Source: Macrostomum lignano (taxonomy: Eukaryota). From it: a DNA stretch of 42,749 bases. The notes under the pieces were generated by a model, which had not been told where the DNA came from, did not search any database, and worked only from the letters and a program-made list of their open reading frames with translations. The DNA lies in NCBI GenBank assembly GCA_002269645.1, contig NIVC01004541.1, positions 1 through 42,749 of the forward strand, in the 5' to 3' direction. Positions 1-10,383 of this stretch are shown in pieces. The position numbers and the translations under genes are program-made. Each line of letters opens with the position of its first letter. Positions within the stretch are counted from its first letter, which is position 1.

Positions 1-207
1 CCGGGTCCGTCATTAATAATTATCGTTATCATTTTCACAAGCGCTTGATTCTTCTCTCGGTACGAGGCATCCAGCAGCGGTGGAGCTGGGAACTGCTCTC
101 ATCGTATAATTATAGATATATTTCCTTGCGGCTCCCTTGCGAGTTTTATTGTGGCCTTCTGATTGCCACCCCTTTCGTAGTAGTCATCTTCATATAGCTT
201 TCTTTAC

Positions 208-545
208 ACCCCAGGACAGCCAACCCCTTTACCCCTGTTCTCCTGCCCCAGGACAGCCACCCTTCCCCTGTTCTCCTGCCTCCAAGACAGCCACCCTTCA
301 CCTGATTCTCTGCCCCAGGACAGCCACCCCTTCACCCCTGATTCTCCTGCCTCAAGACAGCCACCCTTCACCCTGATTCTCCTGCCCCAGGACAGCCACC
401 CTTCACCCCTGATTCTCCTGCCCCAGGACAGCCACCCCTTCACCTGATTCTCCTGCCCCAGGACAGCCACCCCTTCACCCCTGATTTCCTGCCCCAGGAC
501 AGCCACCCCTTTCACCTGATTCTCCTGCCTCCATGACAGCCACCC
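208..545. repeat. ~39-bp C-rich minisatellite (CCCCAGGACAGCCACCCCTTCACCCCTGATTCTCCTGC), about 9 copies
   Basis: Tandem units read directly. ORFs 137..376 and 204..515 are by-products of the repeat. Confidence 0.95.
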
Positions 546-1897
546 TTATAAGTTTATCTGAGATATCTCTGAGTAGTATCAAAACTCCTGCTGAAGTCTC
601 CTCGGAGTAATCCAAATATACTAATTTTTACCCGTCTTAGTTGAATTGATTGGTTAGAGCTATTATGCTTGATTTCACCCATCCACATGTAGACTTAGCT
701 CGTATTTAATTGCCAATGTATTGTCGATTTAACTTGCTACAGTTGCGTTGCTTGTTATTTTGTTTTTTGTGCTTTGCAGCAGCATTAAGTTGTCTATAAT
801 AGCAACTTCATCGACTTTTTATGCTATAAACAAATTTTCTCATCTCCTAACGTACAAGTTTATTTAAACAACGTAAATAAATACAATTCAAAACGAAAAT
901 CTTACTATTACCATTAGTGCAATCAATGCATAAACAAAAATCAATACATGTGGTTTGCTTATTCCTTTCGATTTTAAATGTCAACTGTTCTCTCGTACCT
1001 CTACATCTACACGTTTCACCATAGACAAACTCTGTTCGAGAAAATCCGACTTCTCAATATAGCATGCTAAAGGCACGAGCGACACAACAGTGTAGTGTTC
1101 TGTCCTCATTTGACTTCGATTGGCCATGCGACTGCCGACAATTCGACTGCCAAAATTGACCTATGTGTTTTAAACCATTTCTATTAAACGATCTTGAAAC
1201 TAATTTATAATTAGCTAAGATTGTATCTGTTCTTGAGCCCCAAACCTTTTTGGACCGTATACTGAAAGCTCTGTCTATAGTAGTCCTCTTGAAAAACGAG
1301 CCCAGACTTGGATTTGGTATGCAGACACGCGAAGTCATAGATCTTCCATAGACGAAACTACATATGTAGCTAGTAGGCTCAGTCTTGGCCAGGGTTGGCA
1401 AACTCCGGCCCGCCCTTGAAGCCTCTCTATCCGGCCTCGGGTCCTTTGAAGCTTCCCATTAGCAATCCGGTTTCCGATTAGCACAAGGTTTAATTTTGTG
1501 TCTCTTGCTCAGCTCTTTCTTTTCTTCTCTTCCCTCTCCCTTCTTTCTCTCCTTCCCCTCTCACGTCTCGTCTCCTCTTTTGTTTCTTCCATCCCATCTC
1601 TCGCCTCTTCTCTCTTTTCTTTCTTCTATTCCCTCCCTCTCCACTCTCATTTAAGTTTGCCCAACCTCTGGTCCAGGCCAGCCTAATCGAGTCTTACTTT
1701 GGCAAGCATAAGTTGTGAAGCACATGTGCTAGTCAGAAGCACACTTTATTATTCCTGCGTCTTGCTCGGGTGCTCTCCATAGCGCTCGATATTCTCTGAC
1801 TGAATCTTTCCTCTTTAAGAAATGTATCAACTTGGACGATAGACAAAAGCGAATCCGAATCCCTTAAAAATGGTGCCTAAGTTGGGCGCTCAGGCTA

Positions 1898-2127
1898 GCC
1901 AAGGAGCTCTATAATTAGCATCTGGAGTGGAAACGAGTTTTTCACTTTTACCTCACGAGGCCACGCAAATTAAGATAATTTTCACCGCATGGAGCCACTG
2001 CATGTCTGACTCTGTCTATGCCACTCGCAAAAGACTAAATTACTCGTAGGTTTACAAACTGTGTGGCCTAGAGGTAAAGTGAAAAACTAGTTTCCACTCC
2101 AGATGCTAATTATAGAGCTCCTCGGTC
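1898..2127. mobile_element. 230-bp MITE with ~65-bp terminal inverted repeats and TA flanks (Tc1/mariner-type), copy A
   Basis: Left GGAGCTCTATAATTAGCATCTGGAGTGGAAAC... is the reverse complement of right ...GTTTCCACTCCAGATGCTAATTATAGAGCTCC. TA at 1896-1897 and 2128-2129. Confidence 0.75.
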
Positions 2128-2144
2128 TAGCCTTCCTATTTTAA

Positions 2145-2536
2145 GGGTCGCCATCATACAGATAAACCCGAAAAATCCCAACTCCGAAAGCACTTCCCAT
2201 CATAAATCCGAAAAATCATAAACCCGAAATATCATAACTCCGTAAAACAAAATAGCAACGCCCATCATCAACCCGAAAACTCACAACTCCGAAAACCGAA
2301 ATAGTGTTGGACACTGCTAGAACTTTCGGAGTTAGTATATTTCGGGTTTATGATGGGCAATGCTATTTTTGTTTTCGGGAGATATGATACTTCGGGTTGT
2401 GATTTTTCGGGTTTATGATGTGCGTTGCTAGCAATTTCGGAGTTATGATATTTCGAATTAGTGATATTATTTCGGGTTTGTGATATTTCAGGCTTATGAT
2501 GGAAAGCGCTTTTCGGAGTTGTGATGCCCCCCCCCC
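2145..2536. mobile_element. Foldback-like element with inverted arrays of short subrepeats, copy A
   Basis: Left arm has repeated AAACCCGAAAAATCAT-like units, right arm has their reverse complements (TGATTTTTCGGGTTT). Termini are degenerate, with TTAA nearby on both sides. Confidence 0.55.
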
Positions 2537-3191
2537 TCGATTTTAAGACCAAAGACCAAAGCATACGGGACATTGAGTCAGATTCAATTGAGGCAAATTG
2601 AAAGGCGAGCAGACGATTTATATAAAAAGTAACGAAGAATTTGTTTGCAGATAGAACTTTAATTGCGCCGTCGGCGCAAAACAGCGGCACAATTGAATAT
2701 TTTATTAATATTTTTCACCGAGACTTTAACAAAGCCGTCACTCTGCACAGAAGCATTAGAAAAGCTGCAAATGATGTTGGAACCAAAGTAAAAAGAGCCT
2801 ATTGTTGTTACGTCAAACTGATGAGAAATTCTGAATAATTAATATTTTATATTATTAGCTGGTATTAAACGCCGTCGAGTTAATAAATAGTAATAAATAA
2901 TATTAATTACTCCGTACACTGCTGATATCATCTGAACTGCGCAGAACTCTCAAATACCGGGCAAATTTTCAATTCTGCAGTCAAAGATTGCTGAGCAAGC
3001 CACTGACCGGAGTAAAAAATACGCAGTATTACTAGGAAAACTCGAATATATAAAATTGTGATTACTAGCATGCTGGCGTCAAAACGGGGAACCAGTTACA
3101 GTCTGTCAGGTCAGTGGCGCGCACAGGCTAAATGCAGTCACGGAGACGGATTTGCCCCGCACCAGCGCGCCCTCCGATCGAAGCTGCAGCC

Positions 3192-4012
3192 TTAGTCGAC
3201 CTCCTCCATCTTGGCGTCGTCGGCGTTGGCATCGCCGCCGACCTCAGTTGGCATGGAAGACGAGGACTCGCCGGCGGCGGCGTCAGGGACGTCGTCCTCC
3301 TCGATGCCGAGGCCCAGCTTGATCATGCGGTGGATGCGGGTGGCGTGCACCTGCGGGTCCTCCAGGGCGAAGCCAGACGACAGCAGGGCGGTCTCGTACA
3401 GCAGCTGCACCAGGTCCTTCACCGACTTGTCGTTCTTGTCGGCCTCGGTGCGCTGCCTCAGCATCCCGCAGATGGAGTGGTCGGGGTTGATCTCCAGGTG
3501 CTTCTTGGCCGCCATGTAGCCCATGGTTGAGGAGTCGCGCAGAGCCTGGCGATGGGAGGCGGGGCATTGGGAGCGGTTTATAATCTATCAGTTTCCGGCT
3601 ACAAAAACTGGTAAAATCCGAGTCACAGCAGCAAATTGCCAGCTCACCTGCGCCTTCATGATGCGCTCCATGTTGGCGGACCAGCCGTACTGCGACGTGA
3701 CGATGCAGCAGGGCGAGTCAACCAGCCGGTTGGACACGACCACCTTCTCGACCTTCTTGTCCAGGATGTCCTTCATGACCTTGCACAGCGGCTCAAAGGA
3801 GGCCTTCTTCTCCTCGAAGGCCTTCTTTTCGTCCTCGTCCTCAGGCAGCTCGAGGCCCTCCTTGGTGACGCAGACGAGCTTCTTGCCGTCGTACTCGCGC
3901 AGCTGCTGGGTGGCGTACTCGTCGATGGGATCGGTCATGTACAGCACCTCCAGGCCGCGCTTGCGCAGACGCTCAACAAAGGCGGAATGGGCGACCGCTT
4001 CCTTCGACTCGC
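3192..4012 (-). pseudogene. hsp90: 5'-truncated duplicate of Hsp90 (end of middle domain plus C-terminal domain, [11 protein letters not shown]...MEEVD), retaining intron 2
   Basis: Exon remnant 4012-3648, intron 3647-3546 (GT...AG), last exon 3545-3192. Near-identical to 13527-12706. No N-terminal ATPase domain and no promoter. Confidence 0.92.
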
Positions 4013-4354
4013 GCCGGTCGAGGTGGCGCCGGTTCGACCATCGCCGTTGGCGCCGCCGGCGGCCCCACCGCCCAGGCACAGGCGGCGGCCAACAATCGGG
4101 AGTCGACGCCAACTAGGCACGGCAGCAGCAGCGCGTCGCTTCACCGCGGCGGCGGCACCGGCGCTGGCGGCTCCTCCTCGCGCTACGGCGGCTCCGCTAA
4201 TTCCGTCTCCTCTTCGTCGCTGCCCCGCGGCCGGGCGTTCAGCCCCCAGCCGGCGCATCAGCAGCACCAGCAGCAGCAGCCGCCGCCACCCCGCCGCCGG
4301 GTGTTCCGAAAATGCGTAGCATCACCGACTACGCCATCCCTAGCGGCCAGTTCA

Positions 4355-4401
<47 letters not shown>

Positions 4402-4590
4402 ATTGGGCACCACCTGCAGCACCAGCAGCAGCAGCAGCAGCAGCACGATGTCGGAGCTCCGGGTGCGCCACCGCCTTACCCGCCTGGCGTAGGCGGCGGC
4501 TCTGGGCTGCACCTGCCGTACCAGCAGCAGCAGCCGCAACAGCAGCGCTCGGCCAGACCCCATCGCGGCGGCATGGACTACCCGGTGTGA
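4013..4590 (+). pseudogene. 5'-truncated terminal coding exon of an unidentified Gly/Gln/Pro-rich protein ending ...RGGMDYPV*
   Basis: GC-rich coding-like sequence reading [17 protein letters not shown]...HQQHQQQQPPP. After restoring one missing base near 4290 it continues PPPGVPKMRSITDYAIPSGQFSG(n)...MDYPV-stop, followed by AT-rich 3'UTR-like sequence. Confidence 0.55.
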
Positions 4591-4926
4591 TGCCAGCCAC
4601 GGGCACCCTTGGCTGCAGATTGACAATTTCACCCTATTGATTTATAAAATTCGTTTTGATTTTTTTATAAACCGATAGCACTTGTCTTTTCACTGTTAGC
4701 TGGCGTTTGCTTTTTGCCTATATATGTGTGTGTATCTGTGTATTTCTTTGTTTCTATTTGCGCGTTTTCAACTTATTGTCTCTATTACATTTTTCTGTGG
4801 CGTTCCCTGTTACTGGTAGATTACATTTTTGGCTGGTTGCGGGCTGCTTTACCTTGGCTTTGATTCTTTGTCTGTCTTGGTGTGCGCTGTCTCTCCACTG
4901 TGAATTTGCAGCTAGGTTAGGCACTG

Positions 4927-5572
4927 GCATGAGACACTAGGACATGAGAGACTAGGACATGAGACACTCGGACATGAGACACTCGGACATGAGACACTCG
5001 GACATGAGACACTAGGACTTGTGAGACTAGGACATGAGACACTAGGACTTGAGACACTAGGACATGAGAGACTAGGACATGAGACACTCGGACATGAGAC
5101 ACTCGGACATGAGACACTAGGACTTGAGACACTAGGACATGAGACACTAGGACATGAGACTAGGACATGAGGCACTAGAACATGAGATACTAGGACATGA
5201 GACGCTAGGACATGAGACGCTAGGACATGAGACACTAGGACATGAGACACTCGGACATGAGACACTAGGACTTGAGACACTAGGACATGAGACACTAGGA
5301 CATGAGACTAGGACATGAGGCACTAGAACATGAGATACTAGGACATGAGACGCTAGGACATGAGACGCTAGGACATGAGACACTAGGACATGAGACACTA
5401 TAGGACATGTGAGACTAAAACATGAGACACTAAAACATGAGACACTAGGACATAAGTCCTGAGACGCTCGGACATATGACACTAGGACATAAGTCATGAG
5501 ACGCTCGGACATGAGACACTAGGACATAAGTCATAGACGCTCGGACATGAGACACTAGACATGAGACACTAA
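4927..5572. repeat. 15-bp minisatellite (GAGACACTAGGACAT), about 40 copies
   Basis: Tandem units read directly; they generate the spurious SHVLV/CPSVS ORFs. Confidence 0.96.
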
Positions 5573-6928
5573 GACAGACAGACGGTAGAAACGCAGCAGC
5601 TTGCCAGTGAATCACAATACCGTGGATCAGTATCTCTATTAAATAATGGGGCATTGATTCTTTTAACAAAAACTTTTTACAATGAAAAAGAAGATAAGAA
5701 AAATGCCAGAGCTCAAGCGCTTTCTTTGATCTCTCGTGTTTGCCTGTATTCTCTTCTGAACTCGATTTGTTGCTTTTGCCCCTGCTACTATTGTTAACTA
5801 CCACCATGCCTCCTCCTTAGCTTTGCTGTGCTCTATTTGCTGCACTCTGCTATCGCGCTGCTATGCACCCTATAATGCTACTACTAGTAGGATTTTTACC
5901 CTTTTTATTATATATTTTATCTGTGTATTGTTTACCGTCTTTTAAATCTCGCGAGCCCAGGCACGCCAATTTATTAGCCATTGCTGGTTGTTCTGCTTGT
6001 TTTGATAAATAGACAACTAATTCTTATAAAATAAAACAAATTTGTTCAATTTTCTGTGTAAAATAAGCTAAGTTTACTTTTCGCCTACTGTAAGTAGCAA
6101 TGCTTGCGTGTTTAGGCGCGCTTTTTTGTTGACGGAAATTTTCTCGATATAGCTTTTTAAATGCTAGTTTTGCTACATGTTATTCAACAAAATAAACACA
6201 GTTTATTGCTGCGCGTTCTGCTTGGCTCTGTTCAACGTGTTAATTCATTGATTATGCATGGATTATCAGCATCTGTCACGAACTCTATCCTCACTCCCAG
6301 CTGCATTTTTCTTAGGTTTTTAATCTACTAATTAATCGGTAAAATTTGTTAAATCGGTTTCAACCAGTTTTTCTATTATCAAAGCAAAGCCTTCCTGAAG
6401 CAGCTCCTTGTTCATAAAGACGCACCTGTTAATATATTATTTTACCTATAATATGCTTTGTGTATTCGTTGTTATGTGTAAACATAATCGCTATCTGCTG
6501 TCTACTTTATTCACCGTTTTTTTCTGATTGGCCGCAGTTTTTTTCGGCTGCCGTCCGTGCTCACAGAAATGTGAGTACGAGTATACTACTGTCTAGGATG
6601 GTTCTTCATTCATCGTTCACAAATTTATTTAATTATTTATACAACAACCCGGCTCCACAGGATTTGCGCATGCGCTAAGATTAGCTTTCCATAATATCAA
6701 TGCCGAATCTGCCCCCCCCCCCGGGTCCGTCATTAATAATTATCGATTATCATTTTCACAAGTGCTTGATTCTTCTCTCAGTACGAGGCATCCAGCAGCG
6801 GTGGAGCTGGGAACTGCCTCGCATCGCTATAGTTATAGATATATTTCCTTGCGGCTCCCTTGCGAGTTTTATTGTGGCCTTCTGATTGCCACCCCTTTCG
6901 TAGTAGTCATCTTCATATAGATTTCCTA

Positions 6929-7480
6929 CACCCCAGGACAGCCACCCCTTTACCCCTGATTCTCCTGCCCCCAGGACAGCCACCCCTTTACCCCTGATTC
7001 TCCTGCCTCCAAGACAGCCACCCCTTCACCCCTGATTCTCCTGCCCCCAGGACAGCCACCCCTTCACCCCTGATTCTCCTGCCTCCAGGACAGCCACCCC
7101 TTCACCCCTGATTCTCCTGCCCCAGGACAGCCACCCTTCACCCCTGATTCTCCTACCTCCAGGACAGCCACCCCTTCACCCCTGATTCTCCTGCCCCCAG
7201 GACAGCCACCCCTTCACCCCTGATTCTCCTGCCTCCAGGACAGCCACCCTTTTACCCCTGATTCTCCTGCCTCCAAGACAGCCACCCCTTCACCCCTGAT
7301 TCTCCTGCCCCCAGGACAGCCACCCCTTTACCCCTGATTCTCCTGCCCCCAGGACAGCCACCCTTCACCCCTGATTCTCCTGCCCCCAGGACAGCCACCC
7401 CTTCACCCCTGATTCTCCTGCCCCCAGGACAGCCACCCCTTCACCCCTGATTCTATTGCTCCCAGGACAGCCACCCCCTT
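6929..7480. repeat. ~39-bp C-rich minisatellite, about 14 copies (paralog of 208-545)
   Basis: Same unit as 208-545 in a longer array. Confidence 0.95.
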
Positions 7481-8383
7481 ATAAGTATTATCTGAGATAC
7501 TCTGAGTAGTATCAAAACTCCTGCTGAAGTCTCCTCGGAGTAATCCAAATATACTAATTTTGCTACCTGTCTTAGTTGAATTGATTGGTTAGAGCTATTA
7601 TGCTTGATTTCACCCCATCCACATGTAGACTTAGCTCGTATTTAATTGCCAATGTATTGTCGATTTAACTTGCTACAGTTGCGTTGCTTGTTGTTTTGTT
7701 TTTTGTGCTTTGCAGCAGCATTAAGTTGTCTATAATAGCAACTTCATCGACTTTTTATGCTATAAACAAATTTTTCTCATCTCCTAACGTACAAGTTTAT
7801 TTAAACAACGTAAATAAATACAATTCAAAACGAAAATCTTACTATTACCATTAGTGCAATCAATGCATAAACAAAGCTCAATACATGTGGTTTGCTTATT
7901 CCTTTCGATTTTAAATGTCAACTGTTCTCTCGTACCTCTACGTCTACACGTTTCACCATAGACAAACTCTGTTCGAGAAAAATCCGACTTCTCAATATAG
8001 CATGCTAAAGGCACGAGCGACACGACAGTGTAGTGTTCTGTCCTCATTTGACTTCGATTGCCCATGCGACTGCCGACAATTCGACTGCCAAAAATTGACC
8101 TATGTGTTTTAAACCATTTCTATTAAACGATCTTGAAACTAATTTTATAATTAGCTAAGACTAGCAATCTACGCCCCCCGTTGGGGAGCCAAAGAAATGC
8201 AATACACGTTTTTTTAATAAGCTACATGTATCCTTGAAATCTTAAAAAATATCCTGTCAAACCTTGTAAGCCTTGACATGTCAGTAATCCCCCCCACAAG
8301 CTTTAACATATCAACTTCCCACCTTGACATCTCAGCAATGCCCCCAATAAGCCTTGGAAATCTAAAAATATCTGTCAACCTTC

Positions 8384-8469
8384 TAACCCTAACGCTAGCC
8401 CAACCCTAACCCTAACCCTATAGCCTAACCCTAACCCTAACCCTAACCCTAACCCTAACCCAACCCTAA
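8384..8469. repeat. Interstitial telomeric-type repeat (CCCTAA)n / (TTAGGG)n inside the Helitron
   Basis: About a dozen CCCTAA units, partly degenerate (ctaaccctaaccctaacc...). Confidence 0.9.
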
Positions 8470-8767
8470 AGCATTGAAATTTCAGTAATTCTCTCTAAGA
8501 GTCATTATAGCACTACTACAGCATTATAGCCATTCCCTGCAAGCCTCGACATCGTAGGGATTCCTAAATGAATATCTTAACTTCGACATGAAGCTTCTTT
8601 TATTTTTTACATTACGCTTTTTTTATCAGCGATCCCTCCCCTGAGGAGGCATCAAATAATGTAATAAAAAGTTTTCAATAAACTACATGTAGCTTCTGAC
8701 TTTAGCCTTGAAATCTCATTTATACCCCGTGAGCCTTGAAATCTCAGCTATTCCCCCCGTAAGCCCT

Positions 8768-9156
8768 ATGACGCTTCTATGAATTTTTCATGACGCTTTT
8801 AGGATTGTTTACATGACGCTTCTATGATTTTTTCATGACGCTTCTATGATTTTTTCATGACGCTTTTAGGATTGTTTACATGACGCTTCTATGATTTTTT
8901 CATGACGCTTCTATGATTGTTTACAAGACGCTTCTATGATTTTTTCATGACGCTGTTAGGATTGTTTACATGACGCTTCTATGATTGTTTACATGACGCT
9001 TCTATGATTTTTTCATGACGCTTCTATGATTGTTTACATGACGCTTCTATGATTTTTTCATGACGCTGTTAGGATTGTTTACATGACGCTTCTATGATTG
9101 TTTACATGACGCTTCTATGATTTTTCATGACGCTTCTATGATTTTTTCATGACGCT
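8768..9156. repeat. 22-23-bp minisatellite (CATGACGCTTCTATGATTTTTT / CATGACGCTTTTAGGATTGTTTA) inside the Helitron, about 17 copies
   Basis: Tandem units read directly. The Helitron ORF stops inside the first unit. Confidence 0.93.
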
Positions 9157-10383
9157 CGTTGAAATACACAAGCTGCTCTTCAGACTTGTGCACGCAGAGT
9201 CTGATGACCGCCGGGTACCTGTTGTGCACCTGGGTGTTAAGATGTTAAGGATCGTGTCAACTGGCACTGCCTTTGAGCCGCTTGCCATTGGCCTGGGACA
9301 CTCTGCACCTGAAGAAGCTTGCAGAGACGGTCGAAGTCTGAGCGACTCGTAGTGCTCGTGACTCAAGAGCACACGCACAGTGGCATTGGGAGGCTGCTTG
9401 TCACACTTGAAATATTGCAGCACATTACCATTGGACTGGTAAATCACCAGGTCCATGTCAAAGCAGCTACTAAACAGAGCTGCCACTTCGTCTGAAATAT
9501 AAACCCCTTCCTGAAAGGAGGAATTCGCAATCTCATCGGCGCAATCAGGCGCGATGATGCCATTCGCGACCAACTGTGGCAAAAGTTCAACTGCACGACA
9601 GGCCAACTCGTGCCGAAGGGTAGCGGCATCGGTTTCATGCGGTGTGCCACGTAGCTGGTCGCACACGGCATGAAAAAAGCAGTTGCCATCGCCAATGGTG
9701 GTATTGACCTGCAACTGACTAAAGGGCACAATAGATTCGACACAAGGTAACCTGGTGACAGATTCACCGCGCCGACAATCAGCCTGTCTCTGCCGCTGCT
9801 CTTCCAGACGGGCAATCCGCTCAGCCTCGTCCTCAGCAGCGCGAAACTCAGCCTGTCTCTGCCGCTGTTCCTCCAGACGGGCAATCCGCTCAGCCTCGTC
9901 TTCAGCAGCGCGAAACAAAGCCTGTCTCTGCCGCTGTTCCTCCAGACGGGCAATCCGCTCAGCCTCGTCTTCAGCAACGCGACACTCAGCCTGTCTCTGC
10001 CGCTGTTCCTCCAGACGGGCAATCCGCTCAGCCTCGTCCTCAGCAGCGCGAAACTCAGCCTGTCTCTGCCGCTGTTCCTCCAGACGGGCAATCCGCTCAG
10101 CCTCGTCTTCAGCAACGCGACACTCAGCCTGTCTCTGCCGCTGTTCCTCCAGACGGGCAATCCGCTCAGCCTCGTCTTCAGCAACGCGACATTCAGCCTG
10201 TCTCTGCCGCTGTTCCTCCAGACGGGCAAACCGCTCAGCCTCGTCTTCAACAGCGCGGCGCTCGGCGTCTCGCCGCCGCTGCTCTTCCAGACGGGCATCG
10301 CGCTCTCCAGCAGACTCGGCCAGTCGTCTTTTCTTTGCGTCACGGCTTCTCTTCAAATGGCTTGCGCCACGGCGCACCATCAT
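9136..10383 (-). CDS. Helitron-encoded protein: 23-aa charged repeats (STPR-like) followed by an OTU-family cysteine protease domain; no Rep/helicase
   Basis: ATG-initiated 415-aa ORF with 8 copies of an AERIARLEEQRQRQAECRVAEDE-type repeat (69 bp), then the OTU motifs GDGNCFFHAV and VLLSHEHYESL. Such N-terminal modules occur in animal Helitron/Helentron RepHel proteins. Confidence 0.75.
   Translation of the reverse strand: MMVRRGASHLKRSRDAKKRRLAESAGERDARLEEQRRRDAERRAVEDEAERFARLEEQRQRQAECRVAEDEAERIARLEEQRQRQAECRVAEDEAERIARLEEQRQRQAEFRAAEDEAERIARLEEQRQRQAECRVAEDEAERIARLEEQRQRQALFRAAEDEAERIARLEEQRQRQAEFRAAEDEAERIARLEEQRQRQADCRRGESVTRLPCVESIVPFSQLQVNTTIGDGNCFFHAVCDQLRGTPHETDAATLRHELACRAVELLPQLVANGIIAPDCADEIANSSFQEGVYISDEVAALFSSCFDMDLVIYQSNGNVLQYFKCDKQPPNATVRVLLSHEHYESLRLRPSLQASSGAECPRPMASGSKAVPVDTILNILTPRCTTGTRRSSDSACTSLKSSLCISTSVMKKS

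Larger units (their letters stand above)
1..4012. repeat. Tandem (direct) segmental duplication, copy A; lacks the Helitron and extends beyond the left edge of the window
   Basis: Position 1 (ccgggtccgtcattaataat) recurs at 6721. 1-1210 aligns to 6721-8160 and 1211-4012 aligns to 10749-13527, with scattered SNPs, indels and a different minisatellite copy number. Confidence 0.93.

Noticed and set aside
4912-5512. ORFs made of SHVLV / CPSVS repeats
   Set aside because: Translations of the 15-bp minisatellite.
6520-6680. CCAAT-like (GATTGGC) and NRF1-like (GCGCATGCGC) motifs as an orphan promoter
   Set aside because: No downstream gene can be assigned, and such short motifs are expected by chance.
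8384-8469. Possible chromosome end or fusion scar
   Set aside because: Short, one orientation only, and nested inside a transposon with intact host flanks.
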